Virus record (IMG/VR): IMGVR_UViG_3300032238_000944
Span: 1 to 64,000 of that record
Direction: 5' to 3' (one strand)
From: a virus
DNA length: 64,000 nt
Position 1 is the first letter of the stretch. Every line of letters begins with the position of its first letter. Of this stretch, positions 59,501-64,000 are shown piece by piece. The notes beneath the pieces were generated by a model. That model saw only the letters and a list, made by a program, of their open reading frames with translations, was not told the DNA's origin and ran no database searches. A program made the position numbers and the translations under genes.

Positions 59501-62500
59501 ATTGGTGCAGGAAGTTCAAATGCAATCGGAATTACTACTACAACAATTGTTGGAATTGGAACAACAGATAAACTTCCAGAAAAACTTTATGTTGTCAAAA
59601 AGAATGATTTATCAATTCAAGTTGCAGCTTCAGCTTCAGAGGCATTAAAGTCAGTTCCATCAGTATTAACACTTTCAAGTGTTGGTATTGGCACATCACA
59701 TGTATTCCGTGCTAAAAATCAAAATGCAAAATCACTAATTGCAATTGATAATTTAATTCAATCTCCAATTGTTGCAACTTCAGTAACTACAACTTTATCA
59801 AATAATGTATCATTATCTGATAGTCTAATTACAGTTTCCGGAATAACTTCATTCTCAGGTGGAGATTTAATTAAAATTGATAATGAAATTATGAGAATTA
59901 CTGCAGTTGGTTATGGCGCAACTAATGTCATTCAAATTTTCAGACCTTATATGGGTACTGGAATTTCAACTCATGGTGCAGGAAGTGTTGTTTATAAAGT
60001 TCTTGGTTCATATAATATTGTTAATAATGTTATTAATTTTGTTGACGCACCATACGGGAAAGTTCCTTTTCCAAATCCATCAACTCGTGCAGATGAACAA
60101 GATTATGTTGGATTAGAAACATCATCTACTTTTGATGGAAGAATTTTCTTAAAATCTGGAACTCCTAACACTGTTCAAGAACCTTATTATAGAAATTATA
60201 TTTTTGATGATATATCATATAATTTCAGTGGAATTAAAACGGATTTTATTCTGAAATCAAATGGATCGGATATTACTGGAATTTCAACAAGTAATGCAAT
60301 TGTTTTAATTAATAATATATTCCAAAGCCCAGCAAGAAACACTGCAGTTAATATTTCTGGAGATTATTCGATTAAAGAATCTTCTGGAATTAGTACAATC
60401 AGTTTTGTTGGGTCAGCAACATCAATTTCATCAAAAGATGTTAATACAGCAGCATTTCCTCGTGGGGGTGTAATTGTTTCGGTAGCATCCACACCAGGAT
60501 TTGGATATCAACCATTAGTTGCTGCTGGAGGAACCGCAACTGTTTCTATTGCGGGAACAATTTCTGCAATTAGTATTGGAAATAGTGGTTCTGGATATAG
60601 ATCTGGAGTTCAAACTGTTAGAGTTGGTGTAGCGACATCATCAACGGGAATTCAAAATATTACTTATATTGGTATTGCTTCAATCGGTACAACAACTAAT
60701 CAAGGTCGTATTGTAAGTATTGCAATCACTAACCCAGGAACTGGATTTACTTCTACAAATCCACCATATGTCATTTTTGATTCTCCATTATCGTATTCAA
60801 ATATTCCACTAATTTATAGTTCTTCGTCAAGAAGTGGAGTTGGAACAGCAGCATATGTTGATATTGTTGTTGGCCAAGGATCAAGCGTAACTAATTTTGA
60901 AATTAGAAATACTGGGTATTCTTATGGGCAAGGAGAAATTTTAACCTTTGCATCTGGAGGCACATCTGGAATTCCAACAAATACAAGTTTAACATTCAAA
61001 GAATTCCAACTTACAGTAGATCAAATTTATAATGATAGTTTTGCTGGGTGGACAATTGGAGATCTTCAAGTTTTTGATATTATTGACCAATTATTTGATG
61101 GACAACAACAAGCTTTCCCACTTTCAATTGATGGTTTACAAACTACGATCAAATCTAAAAAAGGATCTAATATTGATGTTCAAGCAACGCTTTTAGTGTT
61201 TATTAATGATGTTCTTCAAGTTCCTGGTCAAGGTTACATATTCACTGGCGGCAGTATTATCAGATTCCCAGAACCACCTAAACAAGGAGATACTTGCAAA
61301 ATTATTTTCTATAAGGGAAATAGTGAAATTGATGTTGTATTTGTTGATGTTCTTGATAATATTAAAGTTGGAGATGATTTAACCTTATATTCGCAAAATA
61401 CTGCATTCAATGAAAATCAAAGATTGGTTACTCAAATTAAATCTTCTGATAGTGTTTTGACCAATTTGTATTCGGGTCCAGGAATCAGTGAAGATCCATT
61501 TTTAGAAAGATCTGTTACCTGGTGTAAACAAAGTGAAGATATGATAATTGATGGGCAACAGGTTGGAAAAGATAGAGTTCTTTATGAACCTTTAATTCAA
61601 CCAACCACAAATATTATTCAAAGTGTAGGAATTAGTTCTAATGTAATCTTTGTTGAAAGTGTTAAAACTTTCTTTGACAACTCGAAAGAATATACGACAA
61701 TAGATAAATTACCTAAGAAAATAACTCTCATTTCTCAAGACATAAGAGTTGCAGCAGCTGCAACGGCTATTGTTTCTATTGCAGGAACAATTAGTTCAAT
61801 TGCTATTTCTGATGGCGGCGTCGGTTATTCAACTACACCATCAGTGACAATTGCAAGTGCAGTTGGATTTGGAACTACTCAAAGAGCAGCTGCGGCTGCA
61901 ACTTTAACAGGAGATTATGTATCTTCAATCTCAATTACAAATCCTGGGACTGGATATACTACAACAAATCCACCGCAAGTTTTGATTGAGTCTCCATCTC
62001 CAAAAATAGAAGTAATTACAAATGCAAGTTATGAAGGTGATTTTGGAGTTATCACTGGGATTAAAACAACTTCTGTCGGAGTTGCTTCAACTGGAATTAT
62101 CTTTGATTTCTTCATTCCCAAAAATTCTTTCTTAAGAGACTTAAGTGTAAATTCTGTAGGAATTGCAACTACGGGAGTAAGCGGAATTCAAACTGGTTAT
62201 TATTTCGTAGTATCAAATTCAAATGTTGGTAGAGGAATTACTTCACTTTATCAAAATGGATCTGTAGTTGGATTTGGTAGTACTTTCATAGATAACATCT
62301 ATGAAGTTGCTGCAGTTTCAATTGCACAAACAAGCGTAACTGGAGTTGGTTTAACTTATGTTGCAAAAGTAACTGTAAGTGTTGCCAATTATAATGGATT
62401 GACTGGTCTTGGATTTAGTAATTTTTATGGCGAATATAGTTGGGGTAGGATTACTAATATAACAAGAAGCAATCCAAAATCATTTACGATTTATAATACT

Positions 62501-62575
62501 GGACTTTCTGGAATTTCTACTTCACCTATAGTCCAAAGATATAATCCCCTTAAGTATCGTAATTACTATACATAA
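50537..62575 (+). CDS. gp7: Baseplate wedge initiator gp7-like giant protein (4012 aa, contains a YHYH-like domain)
   Basis: QLP.F..E, KDFY..KGT..S...LF..LYG, IHDN.YYQ.FSY, HTAG.K.F; position between gp6 and gp8. Confidence 0.85.
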   Translation: MTETRVKISQVVDSQLPNFIKEEFPLVSEFLSQYYLSLEYQSGPSDLFQNIDQYVKVDTLANLTDSTTLSSDITFGDSTISVESTYGFPNSYGLLLIDGEIITYTSKTSTAFQGCIRGFSGVTSYNDPTTPDQLIFTESDSADHTSGSTVSNLSILFLKEFFNKVKKQVSPGFESRKLYSGLNEALFVKQSKDFYSTKGTDNSFKILFRALYGVDVEVIKPRDYLIQPSDAQYRITKDLAVQALSGNPLDLLNKTFYQDQIGSINKAEGTISNVQKINRGSKDYYIISVDYDYDKDITVSGTVTGEFSIHPITQLVTNASIGDTTLDVDSTVGFPSSGELVIDLSNGSSLTVNYTSKSLNQFFGCSGITQTISEKQELRLNVFAYGYSGNTTDDIVKVRITGVLSDLSIPTKNYYYEKNDLIQVKTLGIDLKDPKSNNWFFNISTRYDVKSIALLDQSDYTYRVTLYDPHTFNVGDSIVLISSTNQEFFGSIIEENIDLTSSSNVISFQNTTSFDIKGQGPLNVNLFYTIKKNILKVNSSNHPELNKYSADIQNLYSDLNDSLYVAAPSLPNYINLPISIDDRSITFSGTFEGTDLQIGTHGLYTGDAIVYNPEGESNKLDMLKGIYFVKKVDETTIKLARSKQNIFSENFVSVASTTISNNQFYFYNFSDSNLNLKTVQTQKLIRKLSPAVEDSFDYETLPGTTGIFINGVELLNYKSDDVVYYGEIKTISPTAPGKGYDIVNPPILSIQDNIGSGAAAYCSVIGNLERINIVDPGFDYLQEPVITISGGNGSGAKVKANLIEFDHSAEFNSIASALQVDLSNDTIGFSSYHKFRDSEKVIYSSEGQTDVGGLYSGAFYFVSVQDAYTIKLHKTFDDSAVGINTINLTSYGTGNHKFLSINKKKKIGSISVIDSGSNYQNKKLTASVSGINTASNTIFVREHGLQSGEIVTYDYTETPIEGLSQSSYYVTKVSNDEFKLSELGTGTYSEDFYYKTNQYVNLISTGTGTHIFNYPEIQINIQGSIGVSTLSGQDFNAILEPIFRGKINSVHVSVGGNSYGSEDILNYNRQPLFTLINGSGAQVTPVISNGKIEQVFVVNGGSGYNSIPNLIIDGAGSGASLIPIVSNGSLVDVKVVSKGNGYSSSNTSINVVSAGSEALFEAKIKSWRINIIERLIDSNYITADDGIVHRSLNESYGLQYTHAYSPRKLRSSVLATKYKDGLPIFVPDLQVSSGLEIASDAHSPIIGWAYDGNPIYGPYGYTSPSGGTVRSMVSGYELSLQEGRPSTSLYPVGFFIEDYQFKNSGDLDDHNGRFCVTPEYPNGIYAYFLTINPLAAESVGPFKGYKKPTFPYAIGNLYKSKLIDFNLSKKSNQDDIDINETGWIRNTTPYNLTNNRSYYDYLIDPNKIKKQFSIVKNSTKGGINSIGILTGGRDYQVGDEIIFDNTGSGGQGLIANVSKVSGKEITQVSVANSTLYNVEFVPLANQNYFVGFATLPHLFANNDLVTISSLYDYQKSGNIKVTSNALTLVSGIGSVGYTGLVTYLNVQGNLTFPNIKENDIYQIGSEQVKILNIDTLSSRIKVLRNQNGTTGLTTSSAGIALTEITRKLQLTFGISTSYQFDLNSQIYFDPSESVGLGTTSGPGIGYTLSFTNPGAGITQINIPTRAIYLQNHNLQTGTQLIYSSNGGTPLSVSTNGVSSFSLGEQSIVYATKFTNDLIGISTVKVGLGSTGTYVGIGSTAAALLYFTNVGVGNTHNFKTNYSNILNATVSKNIVTVSTASSHGLQTDDIVTISAKAEGTTTSVVAYDDYNRRLVINPTNFVATNINVDEDTIEIDDHKYFTGQKVIHTSNSPSGGLINEAIYYVVVVDNNKFKLSETYYEATKINPNVVGISSASTGTISLVNPQILLTKNNNLIFDLSDSSLSFTKNSIKYSAFELEFYTDPYFQNIFNSSSSSSSFEVIRTGNVGIDSYAKVILKANDFIPKTLYYRLNPIDLANNLDVKKEIIIDDEILGNSQVVLVDSLYSGTYKIAGISSTQFTYNVLNNPEVSQYNSDEAKLYYSTNSPTAYGPINSISIKSSGRNYQKLPHITKVVSGLGTDAILTVFGDNVGSINKIEIQDIGFDYPSDLSIRATAKLPEVLKIETLSSFKSIGISSVGKNYIIAPNLVVLDAITNEVISDVDLSYKVGDSQVSILKNTKGISSAIPTIIPINNCNGVGISTIKFISSSKDVVVTLGASFSNLSDFPFEIGDRVLIENISVGTASTVKGYNSENYNYALFTIVNIDPNIGGIGATISYNISNYISSSEIPGTYDPVNSYGRIIPEKHFPIFNIELKRNQFFIGENVISSSADGIVQNFDEINGYLKVSTNKDFVIGETIVGESSFTEAKIENIIKFNSVYSTKAFSIVKEGWKRETGFLNNSLQRIHDNDYYQYFSYSLKSAIPFDTWNSAVSDLNHTAGFKKFSDLIIENGDLSSGIATSQDNGDFTGVVDYSSFIDLNCYSDFDLATENNLMLNGNIKSNEIIFNSTIVQDYFESIGNRVLMIDDLSTQFNSSPRTTNFSIVDQFSVDTYGLDTIRFRKYISLVIDRIYTYQRQTSLISLLHDGTFGYLNQYATVYSDTDLGSFDFSISGTQANFLFYPFYSSINNYDVSLASYDLYDSISGIGSVSIGNIAKIQTSTKTISIGSTSASTIVGIASTYRASKVLVLLEASDKSWFGIDELTTIHDGTNVNLLEYGQLSTNNLNPYESAGLGTYSAYISGSNLNIDLTPYSGLSTNFYINALAVSIGSTLSTTAGNQAITDSVLSTSITSIASSTSPTQNLVSTYTNESCAYYIAVVEDTVNNKHQISELMSITNGTDCGLTEFGIVETSSSLGEFSISISGSDTNLYFTPIANVGVTVRVFQHSLNNQHNLTLPSTINLINGEIDSGFGSYEGTDLDVRKSFNLTYKQHPIFERYFDGSNSSIVDVTNNDIKIPSNFFVTGEEIVYSHIGAGSSNAIGITTTTIVGIGTTDKLPEKLYVVKKNDLSIQVAASASEALKSVPSVLTLSSVGIGTSHVFRAKNQNAKSLIAIDNLIQSPIVATSVTTTLSNNVSLSDSLITVSGITSFSGGDLIKIDNEIMRITAVGYGATNVIQIFRPYMGTGISTHGAGSVVYKVLGSYNIVNNVINFVDAPYGKVPFPNPSTRADEQDYVGLETSSTFDGRIFLKSGTPNTVQEPYYRNYIFDDISYNFSGIKTDFILKSNGSDITGISTSNAIVLINNIFQSPARNTAVNISGDYSIKESSGISTISFVGSATSISSKDVNTAAFPRGGVIVSVASTPGFGYQPLVAAGGTATVSIAGTISAISIGNSGSGYRSGVQTVRVGVATSSTGIQNITYIGIASIGTTTNQGRIVSIAITNPGTGFTSTNPPYVIFDSPLSYSNIPLIYSSSSRSGVGTAAYVDIVVGQGSSVTNFEIRNTGYSYGQGEILTFASGGTSGIPTNTSLTFKEFQLTVDQIYNDSFAGWTIGDLQVFDIIDQLFDGQQQAFPLSIDGLQTTIKSKKGSNIDVQATLLVFINDVLQVPGQGYIFTGGSIIRFPEPPKQGDTCKIIFYKGNSEIDVVFVDVLDNIKVGDDLTLYSQNTAFNENQRLVTQIKSSDSVLTNLYSGPGISEDPFLERSVTWCKQSEDMIIDGQQVGKDRVLYEPLIQPTTNIIQSVGISSNVIFVESVKTFFDNSKEYTTIDKLPKKITLISQDIRVAAAATAIVSIAGTISSIAISDGGVGYSTTPSVTIASAVGFGTTQRAAAAATLTGDYVSSISITNPGTGYTTTNPPQVLIESPSPKIEVITNASYEGDFGVITGIKTTSVGVASTGIIFDFFIPKNSFLRDLSVNSVGIATTGVSGIQTGYYFVVSNSNVGRGITSLYQNGSVVGFGSTFIDNIYEVAAVSIAQTSVTGVGLTYVAKVTVSVANYNGLTGLGFSNFYGEYSWGRITNITRSNPKSFTIYNTGLSGISTSPIVQRYNPLKYRNYYT

Positions 62576-62595
62576 ATAGATAAAAAAACGGCAAA

Positions 62596-64000
62596 ATGTC
62601 AGCAATTATAACTGATCAACTAAGAATTTTGAATGCGAAGAACTTTGTTGCTGCAGCAACTTCTTCCACTAATGCATATTATACTTTTGTTGGTCTACCC
62701 AATGCAACTGATTATTCTTCCAGCTGGGATTCAAATCCACCTGCACCAAAAGATAGTTTTGATCAAGAAAATGATTATTGGGATACTACTATTGCATTAA
62801 AAAAAATTAAAGCAGATGACGTAAAACAAGTAGTTAAGAAAAATACTTGGTTATCTGGAACAACTTATGATATGTATCGTCATGATATTAGTAGAACCAA
62901 TACTTCAAAACCTTCTGGAGCTACACATTTATACTCTGCAAATTATTATGTTGTAAATAGCGATTATAAAGTTTATATTTGTATTTGTAATGGCACTGAT
63001 CCCGAAAATCCTGAAGGAAAACCTTCATTAGATGAGCCAACTTTTACAGATCTCGAACCAAGATCTGCTGGCAATAGTGGAGATGGATATCTTTGGAAAT
63101 ATCTTTACACAATTAAACCTAGCGATATTGTAAAATTTGATTCTATTAATTTTATGCCAGTCCCTAAAGACTGGGAAAATAATTCTACAGATTCTGCCGT
63201 AAGAAATAATGCTGCAACAAGTGGACAACTTAAAGTTGCAGTAATTACAAATCGTGGAGTAGGAATTGGTACTGCCAATAAAACTTATAGTAGAGTTCCG
63301 ATCAAAGGTGATGGATCTGGAGCTGAAGCCACAATTGTTGTAAATAATGATTCTAAAGTAGAATCAATAACTATTTCTAATGGGGGATCTGGATATACTT
63401 ATGGATCTGTAGATTTGGTTGCTGGAAATATTCCAACTGCAACAACAAATCCATCTTTTGACGTAATTATTCCACCTAAAGGCGGACACGGTGCTGACAT
63501 CTATAGAGAACTTGGTGCTTATAATGTTTTAATTTATTCAAGGATTGAGAATGATAATCAAAATCCAGATTTTATAATCGGAAATCAAATTGCAAGAGTT
63601 GGAATCGTTGAAAATCCTCAAGCATATTCTTCAACTTCATTATTGGGTTTAGATAAAGCAAGTGCTGTGTATGCATTAAAACTTACTGGAGTTGGATATA
63701 GTGCTGCCACATTTGTAGGTGATAGTAGGATTACGCAAACAATTGGAATAGGATCTACATCTGTTGGCAGAGTGATTTCTTATGATCAAAATACTGGAGT
63801 ATTAAAATATTGGCAAGATAGGAGTTTGGTTGGATTTAACACCGATGGAACTCAAAATACTTCACCAACATATGGATTTAGATTAAATCAATTTACATCA
63901 GTACCAGGTGTTGGTGGTACAACAATTATTCAAGGTGGTAGTACCAATTTGTCAATTGATACTGGATTTAGTGGTCTATCAACGTCAATAAATAGTAAGA
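62596..64000 (+). CDS. gp8: Baseplate wedge subunit gp8 (3'-truncated by the window)
   Basis: MSAIITDQLRILNAKNF, W.SGTTYDMY, VYIC, DGYLWKYLYTI, GGHGAD; open to the end of the window. Confidence 0.92.
   Translation, partial: MSAIITDQLRILNAKNFVAAATSSTNAYYTFVGLPNATDYSSSWDSNPPAPKDSFDQENDYWDTTIALKKIKADDVKQVVKKNTWLSGTTYDMYRHDISRTNTSKPSGATHLYSANYYVVNSDYKVYICICNGTDPENPEGKPSLDEPTFTDLEPRSAGNSGDGYLWKYLYTIKPSDIVKFDSINFMPVPKDWENNSTDSAVRNNAATSGQLKVAVITNRGVGIGTANKTYSRVPIKGDGSGAEATIVVNNDSKVESITISNGGSGYTYGSVDLVAGNIPTATTNPSFDVIIPPKGGHGADIYRELGAYNVLIYSRIENDNQNPDFIIGNQIARVGIVENPQAYSSTSLLGLDKASAVYALKLTGVGYSAATFVGDSRITQTIGIGSTSVGRVISYDQNTGVLKYWQDRSLVGFNTDGTQNTSPTYGFRLNQFTSVPGVGGTTIIQGGSTNLSIDTGFSGLSTSINSK

Noticed and set aside
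50537-62575. Intein or intron explaining the size of gp7
   Set aside because: No intein splice-junction or LAGLIDADG motifs noticed; continuous repeat-module composition

Overview
A 64-kb segment of a large AT-rich T4-like cyanophage (myovirus, probably infecting freshwater Synechococcus/Cyanobium); essentially all genes lie on the + strand. Order: end of a baseplate/tail module (muralytic tail protein, hub protein, CP12, gp5-like proteins); tRNA-Leu(UAA), tRNA-Thr(UGU) and a Mom-like DNA-modification gene; a tail-fibre cluster with S74 chaperone domains and Gly-rich adhesins interleaved with 2OG-Fe(II) oxygenases; a ~21-kb early/accessory region (24.9-46.1 kb) cut into cassettes by 12 copies of a conserved palindrome + extended -10 + GGCC element and carrying an SF2 helicase, FeoA, an orphan Xre/MbcA-type antitoxin, a ligase-fold protein, a GIY-YIG endonuclease and many tiny acidic proteins; then a glycosyltransferase and baseplate wedge genes gp25, gp6, gp7 and partial gp8. 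The most notable non-coding signals are (i) a ~50-nt promoter-to-terminator RNA whose 5' end is complementary to the conserved seed of the host sRNA Yfr1, (ii) a divergent promoter firing antisense across three cyanobacterial-type DnaA boxes into an AT-rich tract (candidate origin), and (iii) the repeated early-promoter cassette element. All family calls come from motif recognition by eye, not database searches.
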